A stretch of DNA of 64,000 nt from Octopus vulgaris (Eukaryota), in contig OX597825.1 of NCBI GenBank assembly GCA_951406725.2, forward strand, positions 88,970,001 through 89,034,000, written 5' to 3'. A model generated the notes under the pieces. It was not told the origin of the DNA, searched no databases, and worked only from the letters and a program-made list of their open reading frames with translations. Shown one piece after another: positions 27,150 to 41,520 of the stretch. The position numbers and the translations under genes are program-made. How positions within the stretch are numbered: the stretch's first letter is position 1; each line of letters starts with the position of its first letter.

Positions 27150-27820
27150 TAAGTGATCTTTATATCAGAACCGTCATGAACGCCAGAGGGTCAATCCTGT
27201 TTCACGATGATTACTTGTGATTGAAAGAATAAGGCGATCCAGTCTTCAGCATGTCTATGGGATCATTTATTTGGGGCACCCTCAAGAACCATACGCATCC
27301 ACATATGTCAGCCATTTACACCAACGATGGCTTGGCAATCTCAAGCCTCATGAACGGCCATACCATGGACAAATTCTGGAAAAAAACATAATGAAGATAT
27401 TCAAGGAATTTGGCCTGTTCATAACAGTTACCACGAACTTGAAAACCGTCAACTTCTTCGATGTGACCATAGACCTGAATGCGGGAAAATACTACCCTTC
27501 AAGGAAGCCCAACGAGGATACTGGATGCATTCACAGGGCTCACCCCCGCTCCATACAGTAATTAGAAGCCTAGTCTCAGGCTAGTAGAAGAATATCCAAA
27601 TTCTCGGCCAATAAGGAAATCTTTAACAGGGCTGCCGCCACTACAACAATTATTTGGTCAGGAATGAATTCGCCGAGACGTTAACATATATAGACGAACC
27701 GAATCCCCACCCTGCAACCCAGCAAGACAAGAAAGAGAATGTTAATCTGATCCAATTCTCTATTGAACCAAGAAGTTTCCTCAAACATAACTAAAGGCTT
27801 CCTGTGGTTATCCTAAAACA
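27150..27820 (+). mobile_element. Penelope-like element RT fragment
   Basis: MGSF, YTNDGL, KIFKEFGLFITVTTNLKTVNFFDVTIDL...YYPSRKPN...HPRSI (PLE RT/thumb motifs: FLDV, KPN, HPP). Confidence 0.8.
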
Positions 27821-27829
27821 GCATCAAGA

Positions 27830-29880
27830 GATAATTGAATAAAGAGAAGGAAGAGGACCAGCGAAGCAAACAGGATAGGTGGTGTGCAATGCTACTTAGA
27901 ACGTGAACCTAAAAGAAGGGGCTCTAGAAAATGGATGTTAACACTTTGGTTAGAGAAGGGTATGTTTAAAGTGATGGAGAAGGGACTAGTAGACCAAGTT
28001 AATGTTATTAGGAGAATAAAATGCATGACAGAAATGGAGGTGGAAAAGAAAGACCAGGCAGCAGGAAAGACAAATAACAACATAGAGTTCAAACCAAAGA
28101 AGAACGTAAAGGAAAAATAATAATAGCGCTAAAGATCAGGAGGAACAGATGGCACAAACTGAAACGATTGTTTAAGTGAGGAAGATCGGAAGAATTCGAT
28201 GAGGTGCAGGAAGTAATGAGTAAAAAAGAGAGATAAAGATTACCAGCATTAAAAGGTACCAACAGAAAGAAGCTACTAGATATGACTAGGAAAGTAGATT
28301 CTGTTATCAGTAGGATAGATACTAAAAATATTGGTGACACTAACTTATAGATCCACGTAGGAAGGGTAGTAGTTACTAGACGATTAGTTATTCCTCAAGA
28401 AAAGATTAGAAAAGAGCAAATGTGGAAAAGGAGAGTACAATGTAAAGTGAACATACAAGACAAGGTCTCAGTAGAATAGAAGCCTGGAAACTGAGAAAAG
28501 TGAAGAAAACCAAGATTTAAATCTTCCCTGAGATAAGAGACTTAGTCGAACAAAAAGAATTTGAGATAGTCAAACATTTGAAACAGTGTATTATGGCAGT
28601 CGTAGTTAAGCTTTAAAGATATCAGAAAATAATAGATCAGTATCAACAAAATGGATTGTTTGAGACAAACGAGAGTATTAGAAAATTACTACTTTTAAAC
28701 CTCACAACGTGAGATATTCAGCAACAGTACTTTGTAGTAAAGATTGTTTGCCAACATAACATGGCAGACCTAGTTTAGGACTAATGTTTCTATAATTTAG
28801 CCCCATGAGACATCCTCTTCAGCTGGTTATACATAGAAAGGAAGGTGGAAGAAGGTTAATATCAGCAGAACACTGTGTGGAGTTAGCTAGATATAGACTC
28901 AAATGTAGGTAATAGTGAAGAAATCTGCTAGAAGCACAACAAAACACAGGGAAACCAAAATACCAAAGAAACTTAAAAACCAGAAAAAGAATAGAAATTA
29001 TCTGAATGGCAGGAGAAGGCGTTGCATGGCAGATTCCGAAAGATAGTTTCAGCAAATAGTAGCAGTGAGACATGGTTATGGCTGCAGAAGGGTAAGATGA
29101 AGAGGGAGACTGAAAGTTATTTAGTAGCCGCACAAGATCAAGGACTAAGGATAAAAGACAAGATAGGCAAAAGCCAAGTTGATTCCCAATGTGGATTATG
29201 CAAATCAAAAGAGGAAAGCGTTACTCATGCAGTAAGTGAATGTAGCATGCTGGCACAGAAGGTATACCAGAAAAGACATGACAATCTAGGGAGAGGATTC
29301 CACTGGGAACATACTGATAAATGGCATGAACATGAACCTAATAATGTACTAAAAAGTAAGAAATACAACCGGATGTGGGACTTTAACATTCAGACTGACA
29401 GAGTAATAGAAGCAAGGAGGTCTGATTTGTTAGTAGTAGATAAAGAGAATAGAAAGTGACAGATGATAGACTTTACAGTCCCAAATGATGAAAAAATCAA
29501 TATGACAACTATAGAAAAAATAGCAAAGTATCAGGACGTAGGTACTGAATTACAAAGTCTATGGAAAATGCGGGGCAAATGTATCTGAGTAGTTAGGGGT
29601 GCATTGGGGTCTATCCCTGAACTGATGGATAGAGGAAATAGGCATACAACCTAGATTAGTACAGCTGTAGACAACAGTGTTATAAGGGACAACTAGGATA
29701 CTAAGGATGGCTCTTGGTATCTAAGGCACCTTTTGGTAACCCAATAGGAGGGTTCTTGGCATCTAAAGCTAATTGTAGCCCGGTGTTAGGATACTTTTCT
29801 TTTCCAACAGTCTAACCTGTTGAGTGTATATGAATAATAATAATAATAACAACAACAACAACAACAACAATAATGATAAT
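27830..29880 (+). pseudogene. Old, deleted R4/Dong-like element
   Basis: MHGRF, WLQKGKMKRETESYLVAAQDQ, CGLC..EESVTHAVSEC..YQKRHD, WDFNIQTDR..RRSDL; (AAT)(AAC) tail at 29833-29880. Confidence 0.88.
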
Positions 29881-30722
29881 GTTTCTTAATCGCAAATATG
29901 TGTCTTCCACACTGCAATTGTTTTTAATGTATCATCTTTCTAACTAAACCCATTTAATCATATATAAAGTTAATGATAACTTCAAAAAGGTATGTATTAA
30001 AACGCACTTTTTATAAAAATAACTAATGTGATGAGAGTAAATTAATTAGTCTGTTAGTTTCTAAGATACTTATATGCAACCGAATATAAACTAGAGTATA
30101 TTCTAACGCGGGTTTAAAGCAAGTTTGTTCACATAATAATACTGAAGAAGTAGCATTGACAAATCGATCAATCAATTTCTTGACTCATTAATGAATTAAT
30201 TATCGAAACTTTTTTGTCGATATAATTAACTGAAATTCAATAAACGCTTGTCATTCGTAGGCAAAATAATCTCCCGAACAACAACAATATTTCGTTCATC
30301 ATGATTTGACTATTTAAGCAAAACAAGTAGAAAATGCGTAGTTGGATGATGTTCTGTATGTTTGTGTGCGTGCGCATGGATTTGAGTGTGTATGTGTGCG
30401 CTTGAAGGCCGTTGACTGGCTCATCATCGTAAGGTCACGTGTTCTATTCCTGGTTGGGGTGACGCTTTGTCTCCTTCAGACAAATCTTATCATTTGCTCC
30501 AGTCTGCGTTGCTGATAAGGAATAGCATCTCGTAGCACTTACAGCTTTTGTACTTTTGTACTCTTCGCCGTTCACATTCTTAATGCTTCCCTGGTTTAAT
30601 AGGTGAATGTGGGGAGGGTCAAAGAAGGTCTTTATCCAGCTTCAAACTACCGTTACAAAATGGGGGATTCAAGCAACCAGGCTATACTCGCTTGCAAGTG
30701 ACGGGTAAGCTCTTATGGTTGC

Positions 30723-30773
<51 letters not shown>

Positions 30774-30904
30774 TATATATATATATACTTACATTCAAGC
30801 GCATGATTGTGCACTCACATGTATTTATAATTACATGAATATATATAAATATATATTTATATATATATAATTACACATACATACGTACATACATACATAT
30901 ATGG

Positions 30905-30968
<64 letters not shown>

Positions 30969-31719
30969 ATGTGTGTATGTGTGTGTGTGTGTTTTTATAT
31001 ATATATATATATGTACATATGCCTGTATGGCTTGCTGTGTTTGAATGTATGTGTATGTGAAAACGTGTTTACATACGTGCAGAAGATCGATCAATAATAG
31101 AACAAGCTACCAGATTAAGTATAGATGATATAGGAGAGAACAGCAGCAGAAGGAAAAAAATCAAGTTGGAAGTTTCTAGTTTAATGAGCAGGCAATCATC
31201 ATCTAATGGATAAATAATATTGAAAAAGAAAGAAAAAAGACACGAGGACAATTCTAACTAATGACGCAAGCAAAGAAATCTATTTATTTTGTTTCTTAGT
31301 ATAGTAATATTTGGAGAGTGATTTCAAGTATTACAGCTAAATTGGATTCTGCAGCCATTCTTCATATCTAGAAAGTTGCATGGCAACATGAAAAATAATA
31401 TAAATAACATGTAACGAAATCCATAAGAAATCTAACTGCACATATTTCGATTCACACAGCAGTGTTTCTATCGATACATACTTTAATAATTTATGCTAAA
31501 TTATTGGGTTTGTTAAATTTGAGATTGGCGATGGAATAATTATCATTTGCTATCTAATAGTGATGTTTTGTGTTCAAATCCTGCTGATGGTTGCATTATA
31601 TTTCATCATACCGAGAGTGGTAAAAGTAACTGTTGAATACTGAAGTCCACTTTATGCAGTGTAATTAGCTCTGAAATGTAATCTTTGTGTGAAAATTAAA
31701 ATTTAATTTGCAACAGGTT

Positions 31720-31880
31720 GAAGGTGTCGGACTGGCAGGATCGTTAGCGTGTCGGACAAAATGCTTAGTGGCACGTTTTCAATCTTTACATACTGATTTC
31801 AAATTCCGTCCAGGTTAGTTTTGCTTTTCATCCTTTCGGGGTCGATAGAATAACATCCAATTGGTCATTTCTCCCCGAAC
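31720..31880 (+). mobile_element. tRNA-derived SINE (same family as 12900-13080)
   Basis: GGACTGGCAGGATCGTTAGCG head and TTTGCTTTTCATCCTTTCGGGGTCGATAGAATAA core. Confidence 0.7.
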
Positions 31881-32039
31881 TTGGTGCCTCTGTTGCCAAA
31901 AGTTGAATGATGTTAAAGAGTGAACTTTAATCGTCTTCGGTGCCTTCTCATTTCTGAGTATTTCTTTCTTCGTGTGTGCTTCTTCAATTATGTCGGTGCC
32001 TCTGTTGACTGGCAAGATTGATTTTCACATGGAATAATA

Positions 32040-33150
32040 CTGCACAGAGGTCAAATGTAATGGTCGGATCAGGCCTGGGCTACAGTTGTTAGATCTTTCG
32101 TGATAACAACAGCCTTGATGATAAGACTCCACCTTGTTCTGTCGTCTGCGTATTGCTCCCTAGATTCAGGGTCAATGCTGATACTGTTCATAGACCGTCT
32201 CATTTCGTCTTTGCAGCGTCGCATCGGATGCCCGCGTGATCTCTTGCTGTTACTGACTTCGATGTGGAGGCTCTCGCGACGCAGTCTAGTGCTCTTCCTG
32301 AGTTAAACATGATCTTACCATCTGAGGGTATGTTTGATGATGATAGCCTTAATGCTGTGGTTTGGGGATTTTCAAGGACTGCAAGCTTGTTAACATCCCA
32401 TTTGATGTTCAAAAACTGCGTGCATTTGCTCACGGTTATTGTTGATGGAATTCTTCCAGTTTCTGAATACCCGGTAGTACGTGACCCACGTCTCATTATC
32501 AGAGTGTAAAGTGGAAGCAACAACGGCTTGGTAGATTCCAAGTTTGGTTTGTAGTTTCAGGTTTTTCTTTCCAAAAACGTAGGAATCGTTTTCGAAAAAT
32601 ATCATAGGCAGATCGGATCTTCTCATCTTTCTCGGAATTACATTGCGGGGAGATGATCTTTCCGGGGTTAAGGAGATTGATCGTCGTGTTCCTACAGTGA
32701 AGTTGAAATATGAAAGAAGTGAGAGTCGAGCAGGTTGTGTGTTTTGGTTTTCTGGATATTGATTGTCAGACCAAGGCGACCCAAGCCATTTTAGTGATTA
32801 TTGACACATTTTTGTAATTTTTCTCGGGAATAAGCTGACGAGGTGTTGTCGCCAGGGACACCAGAAATGTTGGTCAGTCATTGTGGCCGAAGTTTGAACA
32901 AATTGGAGAGCGTAGCACTGAAATGGCACCTGATCACTACACTAGAGTTATTAGGTGGAATTGTGGGGAGTATTTCTGCCAGGTACAGGGAGAACGAATT
33001 GGGGCTAGTACACATGCCAGCTTTAAGCAACTGGTGATGGGTAAATCTTCTGACATGTTTTGATGTGTCACCCGTCCTGCCATGCCATCCGGGAGGGCAG
33101 CCGAATCGCATCACGATCATTCACATAGCTGTGCGTGATACGATGTCAAA
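32040..33150 (-). mobile_element. Decayed RTE LINE
   Basis: LKLQTKLGIYQAVVASTL...ETW, FLNIKWD, SRGHPMRRCKDEM (RTE C-terminal region). Confidence 0.75.
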
Positions 33151-33234
33151 ATCCCTCACCATTCTTGCGCATACAATAAAACTAACCGAAAGAAGGATTT
33201 GGAGAATTTTGACACTCATAACGTTTTAAACAAC

Positions 33235-33560
33235 ACCTTTATACGATTTTGAATAACATCTCTACCATTCGATTTACTACACTGAAATTCATCCTTTTCT
33301 CTGACGAGTGGATATACTTCCTAATAATGATTATCAACTTTAGATTTGATTTCGAAAGGTAGTATATTAATTGAAACACCTCATAAGATCTCTCAAAACT
33401 TTTTAAATGATCATAGATATACTTTATATTTATTTATTACTTTATACATATTTATAACTTTATATTTATTTATTAATACACTATTGTTTATATTGTGGAC
33501 TTATCTTTACTGTGATTTTTATATAATTTTTCCTACTTTTGCTCTGTAATATACAATCGC
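33235..33560 (+). mobile_element. Penelope pLTR-like repeat with hammerhead-like motif
   Basis: Homologous to 60590-60810; CTGACGA at 33301, long stem II, GAAAC at 33373. Confidence 0.6.
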
Positions 33561-33662
33561 TCTAATTGAATCTCTAAGTACCTTTAAGGTTTTAGACATT
33601 TCTCATTTCAAGAGCACATATATGAAATCCAGTGCACTTTATTTTCAAAGGACATATTTGAT

Positions 33663-33761
<99 letters not shown>

Positions 33762-33789
33762 GTAATATGTGAGAAGTATTCGGTAGCCA

Positions 33790-33852
33790 AGATAAAACTC
33801 CGAGTTTTGGATGCCGAGGTGGAAATCCACGCCGCCATCTCTTCAGTTATCC
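33790..33852 (-). ncRNA. Type I hammerhead ribozyme-like motif (GAAA changed to AAAA)
   Basis: GGATAA-CTGAAGA-GATG...CATC-C-[A]AAA-CTCGGAG-TT-TTATC. Confidence 0.65.
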
Positions 33853-33889
33853 GGCCATCGGATTTTGTCATAGCGTTTTTCCGATCAAC

Positions 33890-33951
33890 GGATAACTAAA
33901 GAGATGGTGGCGTGGATTTCCACCTAGGAATCCGAAACTCGGAGTTTTATC
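33890..33951 (+). ncRNA. Type I hammerhead ribozyme-like motif (core variant CUAAAGA)
   Basis: GATAA-CT[A]AAGA-stem II-GAAA-CTCGGAG-TT-TTATC: stem I GATAA/TTATC, very short stem III. Confidence 0.65.
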
Positions 33952-34054
33952 TTGGCTACCGAATAATTGTGACATATTACATTTACAGATAAATTCCTAT
34001 ATTTACATAATATCGAGATGTCTTTCTTTCTTTTGTTATCTTATCGTTTTTTAT

Positions 34055-34105
<51 letters not shown>

Positions 34106-34128
34106 AAAATAGGTGTGTGTGTGTGCGT

Positions 34129-34167
<39 letters not shown>

Positions 34168-34993
34168 TAGATAGATAGATAGATAGATGAGATCCAGAGA
34201 TTCTCAGTATAGGAAACACTAAATAGATTCTCGAATGATTGAAACTAAAGGCAGTTAGCATAAAACAAAAGAAGGGAAGTACACAAACAACTAAACAAAA
34301 TAACCAATCCTTTCGTATGCTCTTTACTCTACCATTATACCACCCACGAGTACTTGAAAGGTTACTTAAAGAATGTATCATTTGTCAGCTCAGACAATGA
34401 ACATCAACAACTGAACGGCTGTAGTGACTGTACCTGCTGATCCGACCACTTTTGAATTCCTCGGGGAGAGGCCTGCTGTGAAGAAGATCAAACCAAAGAA
34501 CCATTCTACCCATCCTGACATCTGCAGACTCAAAAAGCAAGACAAGTCCAACATTACCACACACAACTCTACCATCTAAAAACTATCATTCCTTTCTTTT
34601 TCTCATCACCTTCTACCCTTCTCCACATTCTCACTGGTCAAAATTGGTAAACGACCCTCAGTTAAACATCCATTAAGTTATTTCACCCGAAGAAACGAAT
34701 GCAAGAACATGATCTACTCGATGTCCATGGGTACTACGTACTGCGCGCAGTAATCATCTCAGAAATACGGACTATGGTCTTATAAAACATGTCACTTGCA
34801 CCAACGCGCGTATCGATGCATTAAAGTATAAATTCCATCAGAGAACTAGTATTATCATTACTATATTTATCCTACATTTTATCGACACAGCTCTCTGCCC
34901 CCTGTCCAATGGTGTCGCTAGTTTGCATCTAGAGGCGGCATAGTAGAATAGGAGCTTTATATTCAAAATGTTTCCCGTAAACGAACTGAAAAC

Positions 34994-36234
<1,241 letters not shown>

Positions 36235-36262
36235 TGTATATATATATGTATATATATGTATA

Positions 36263-36354
<92 letters not shown>

Positions 36355-36371
36355 CATATATATATATATAC

Positions 36372-36416
<45 letters not shown>

Positions 36417-36421
36417 TATAC

Positions 36422-36508
<87 letters not shown>

Positions 36509-36520
36509 TATATATATATA

Positions 36521-36863
36521 TACTTTGATACTTTGATACTTTGATAGGTTTCGGCCATTATTGGCCCAGGTCATGTCTAACTTAATAGCACCGCCTGGTG
36601 AAGTCTTTCAAGTCAGAATTTGGGCACTATGGCCCACTCAAGTAGAGAGTTATTGTTTACAGAGACATATCCGGGTGTAGGCGGTTTATCCGGGATTTCT
36701 TGAAGGAATCTGTCCAAAGACTTCTTGAACCCTATAGGGTCAGTTTCTGTGTTAATGTGTTTTGGTGTAATGTTAAAGAGAGCGGGGCCAATTGAGGTGA
36801 AATAATTGTGCCGTATTGTTGTTATGAGATGAGAGTGCGATTTTTGTTTTGGCCGGATGGCCC
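36521..36863 (-). mobile_element. Related CR1/L2-group LINE 3' fragment, tail-to-tail with the previous copy
   Basis: AIRP...HNYFTSIGPALFNI...FKKSLDRFLQEIPDKP; shared 3' end ATTAAGTTAGACATG; (TATCAAAG)n tail. Confidence 0.9.
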
Positions 36864-36892
36864 AAAGTATCAAAGTATCAAAGTATATATAT

Positions 36893-36941
<49 letters not shown>

Positions 36942-36943
<2 letters not shown>

Positions 36944-37300
36944 TGGGTAGATTTCACGAAAAAAACAAAAGACGAAGACAGGTGGTATACAAAACAAACA
37001 TGTATTAGTATAACGCTCAGGAATTGAAAAAGTCTTTTATGTTTCGAGCCTACGCTCTTCTACAGAAAGGGACACAGAAAAAAAAAACAAGGAGAGAAAA
37101 AATGTGTGTAGTGGCTACCGACCTATCATGGCAACTGCCGGACAGAAAGGTCACATAGGAGAACGATGAAATAGGGGAGATAACAAAGTAAAGATGACCC
37201 CCAACACTAAGGTGCGTGTGTGTATAAAAGAGTACGTATGTGAGTGTGAAAGAGGGTTTGTGGTCTTGACGTGTGCGTGTACGTATGTGTAGGTGTGAAA
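36942..37300 (-). mobile_element. Penelope pLTR-like repeat
   Basis: Contains GAGCGTAGGCTCGAAAC; homologous to 55150-55300 and partly to 50060-50160. Confidence 0.6.
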
Positions 37301-38089
37301 ATGTGGGGATGGGAATTGATCAGTGCTGGTGTGTGGGTGGTGTGTTGTGATGTGATGTGTAATGTTGTATGGTGTAGTGTGGTGTGGTGTGATGTTGTTG
37401 GGAGGTTGGGGAGGCGAGAGTGGGGAAAGCACGGGTGGGGGTAGAGGTGTGGTTTGTGGGTAGGCAGAGGGTGGGGTTAGAGGTGGGGTATGTGGGAGAG
37501 GATGGGGGCATATATATATGTATATATATACCTATGTATAATTTCTCTCTGATTTGCAATATTCTTGATGTGAATTTATGTCTTGAAAGAACAGTCATTA
37601 GGCTAATATCATCAACACACGCACTGGTTCAATTCCACTCCTTTATTAATAGCCAATTGGTTAGATATCCAAATAACTATAATCCTAGTGTGCAGCATAA
37701 GGACAGAAACACGACATAGATTGAGGAAACCTCTAGAAGAATAGCGAAGAGTCTAAACAAGGACCGAAGAGAATATACTGACAAGAAACAGTCTCTTCAT
37801 ACTCTATTAATGTGCCAAAGGGCAGCATGGCGGCACACTGGGCCGAATTAGCATCCGCATTTTGTCCAAACACACAAAGGGGCCATCACAAATACAAGAG
37901 TATGTCCTCTTAAATTAAATATTCCCCATATCAATTAAGAAATACGCGTAGAAGGTAGAGATACCCCACTGCCAGAGACATTAATGCCAGAGAGCAGCGT
38001 ACATATATAGGTATATTCGAAAGTAGGCAGTCAAGCAAGTAAATAGGTTGGTAGATAGGTGGGAAGACAGGCAAGCTAATAGATCGATA

Positions 38090-38275
<186 letters not shown>

Positions 38276-39959
38276 TAAGTGTGTATGTAGGAAGGTAGGT
38301 ACATAAGTATTATGGACAGACACGCACATGCACAAACACACACGCACGCACAAGGGGACAGGACCATATTACCATACACATACTCCACAAACACGCACAC
38401 ACAAAAAGAGATATATAGGCAAACATGCATAGCTATATCAGTCCAACCCCGTTTCACAAATGGCCCTTTCAATGCCCAGGAATAACGTTATAAATCTCCT
38501 TCAGATATCTCGTTTTCATAGTATTACTACTAACATCCGCATCTAGTGACAATGAAATCACGATACACGTGTAATATGGCTACCGCTTTTGTTTTTGTTT
38601 TTATCCGTGTTAAATGTAAAAAGGAGAATATTGTTAGAACTACAGCTCGTTTTAACAAAGCATTAACTAAACATGTGAAACAAAATAAGATCATTATTAA
38701 ATTTAGACCAACGGATAGAGACTCTATGGAATTGATACAGATTGAGTGTATATCGTTAACAATGCCTACTATTTGGTAAAAGTTTCACCTTGGAGGAATT
38801 TTAGTTAAAACTCTATCAGAAGGTTGCCAGAGTAATGTTGATATATTTTGGCAGATAACCAATATACTTTTCTTCTTTCTATACTGAAAAATCAATCAGT
38901 GTATTAACGAAGCACACACAATGAAATACGGTTTCGTGATCGAGAAACAATTTTCACTGAATATTCTATTTTCATTTGTTTTGTTTCACATTTGCATTTA
39001 CTCACATTTGAGAGTGAGCCAAAGAGTTTGGTCTGAAAGACATATCTTCCTGTTCGATCAAAATTAAACCTACCACCAGAGTTTGGGGCTTTCTTAGAAC
39101 ATACTTAATTTTTAATATTTAATAAAATATCTAGAAAGTAAAACTGTTTGGAGAGAGGTAAGTAGAATTGTCCTGAAGCACATTTAATTTAGACAATTTT
39201 GGCAAATACATAATTTAAAGCAAGAATGAAGTGAGTAGAAGTGATATGTTACAATTCCAATCGATAAAATCTGACTGCAAGAAAAATAAGGAAGATTTTG
39301 GCATATGCACTGGAATTTCGAAAGATGTTATAACGTTATTGATTTATCGGTCTATTATTATAGTTACTGCAGGCAAACAGATGCATATACACATGCGTTA
39401 ATAAACACGCACACACCGATACACACACACACATACATGTGTGTGTGTGTGTGTATAAATGAAAATATATCTATTTGGATACACATCAATACATACATAG
39501 CTACATACATACATATATACATAATACATATGTGTGTTTATTTATATATTGATGTCTCATTATTCGGTTTCAAGTCAAGATTTCTCCTCAATAGAGAAAG
39601 AGGTGTTTGCTAACCGAGATCCACAGCACCTTCGTTGGAATTGCTACATCAACGTCAAGGTATTTTTCTATGTATGTATGTATGAATGTTTGTATGTATG
39701 TATGTATGTATGTATGTATGTATGTATGTATGTATGTATGTATGTATGCATGCATGCATGTCCGTATGTACGTATTTATGTATGTATGTATGGATGGATG
39801 GATGAATGGATTTATTGTTCTATATATATATATATATGTATGTATATATGTGTGTGTGTAGATTTTTATGTTTTGTTTAATGTATGTCTTCTCATGCATA
39901 TACTTGCATATCTAGACATTTATGTTAAGGAATTCTGAAGGATATCTCACTGGATCTCG

Positions 39960-41075
39960 AGGAAACAGAAATACCAAAATGACGCACTCTTTCTTTGTAG
40001 ATGACTTGAAACTATAAGCTGAGAATATGCACGAAATGTAAACGAGCCTTGACCTGGTTGCAACATTCTCAAAGGACCTAGGGTTGGAGTTTGCTCAGAA
40101 TAAATGTTGTTATATGGGTGTGAAAAGAGGGAAGACTGTAAACCAGATTGGCAACATCTTCATCAATGACTTGACTGTTTCCCTGAAATCAGATGAGAAA
40201 TGCTGCAGCTGCCTAAGTGTGGATGAAAACTTATCTTACAATGTCACCTATAACAAAATGCGTGTCACTAAGGAATATTACATCTGAATAAAGAATATCT
40301 ACACCGCAAAACCGTCTGCTTTCAATAAAACAGTGGTCTATAATCTGTTTGCAGTGTCAGTACTCATACCAACATTTGGGTTGCTTGATTTGGCGTTTGA
40401 CGAAATCCGAGCCATTGATTTGAAAACCCGAAAGATACTAACAAGCACACGTAATATCCATAACAACGGTGATGTAGATCGCCTCTCACTAAAATGAAAA
40501 TAAAGCAGAAGAGGCTTTTTTCATCGATTCGAAATGCCTTTGAACGCCGTAACATATCCCTTCAGCAACATCTTTTAACCACCAAGTGTCAAAGTGCATC
40601 CTTTGACCAAGTTTCCATGCATGAGGCTGATAACATCATAAGACATGGAAAGCAGCTCCTTGAGCAGCATTCCTTGTCTGACAACCTTCAATACATGTGC
40701 AAATAAGTCGCACGGATCTACCGCAACGTATCATCAGATGAAAGGATGAGGATATATGAGCAGAAGATTATGCATGGATATGTTACTAGAATGGTCCGAG
40801 GTGATAGTAACATCGATCATCAAAGCAGTCTATCATGGACCAACAACCAGATTACTACCTCCCAATTTGAAGAGTATGCGTTTGCAATCGAGGAACAGGA
40901 AATATCAACCAAATACTTGATGCAGAAAAGGGACAGAAGTGCAGCAAAAGCAATGTGACAACCGATGCAGACTTTGTGGAGTTAACTCTGAAGATATCAG
41001 CCACATCATAAGCAGTTGTCCGAAAATGTCATCACGGCACTATCTACCGATGAGACATGTTGATGTATCTAGGAC
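39960..41075 (+). pseudogene. Decayed R4-related RLE retroelement fragment (third family)
   Basis: THSFFVDDLKL, LEFAQNKC, MHGYV, AIEEQEISTKY, CRLCG...EDISHIISSC...YLPMRH; cut off at 41075. Confidence 0.85.
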
Positions 41076-41084
41076 ACTGAAAGA

Positions 41085-41157
41085 ATAACCTATTTCTTTA
41101 TTACCCACAAGGGGCTAAACGCAGAGGGGACAAACAAGGACACACAAACGGATTAAG
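41085..41157 (-). mobile_element. SINE 3' tail fragment
   Basis: TTTCTTTATTACCCACAAGGGGCTAAAC...ACAAACGGATTAAG resembles the 3' part of the 12900-type SINE family (from memory). Confidence 0.5.
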
Positions 41158-41520
41158 CTTTGTAGCGCAGACTTTTCTCTTTTCTTTGATGGCTTGGAAT
41201 AAAAAATTGGCCCTTTCTAATCTTGTATGAGGAATACAGAATCTCTTCATGCATTATCTGACTGATAAGAAACTCAGCCACTCCCATGTCCCTGGCGAAG
41301 GACCTGATTGACTTGGAGAGATCGTGGTCAATCATGGCCTGGATCTCATCAACAAATTCATGAATCCTTTTCTTGTCATAAGGATCAGAGTGAGTTTTCC
41401 CAGATGCCCTACCTTCGTAATCACCATTAGACTCTTCCAACTCTTTCCAAATCCTCTGCACTGTGCCTCTCTCATGCCCTCAGATTGATTCCCAAGCACT
41501 CTGAAATGTTCCAAATATTT
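41158..41520 (-). mobile_element. Tc1/maT-like transposase N-terminal (HTH) fragment
   Basis: KRIHEFVDEIQAMIDHDLSKSIRSFARDMGVAEFLISQIMHEEILYSSYKIRKGQF. Confidence 0.75.

Larger units (their letters stand above)
33755..33987. repeat. Foldback palindrome (~108-bp arms) with a hammerhead ribozyme motif in each arm
   Basis: 33755-33862 is an imperfect reverse complement of 33880-33987; 17-nt spacer. Confidence 0.92.
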
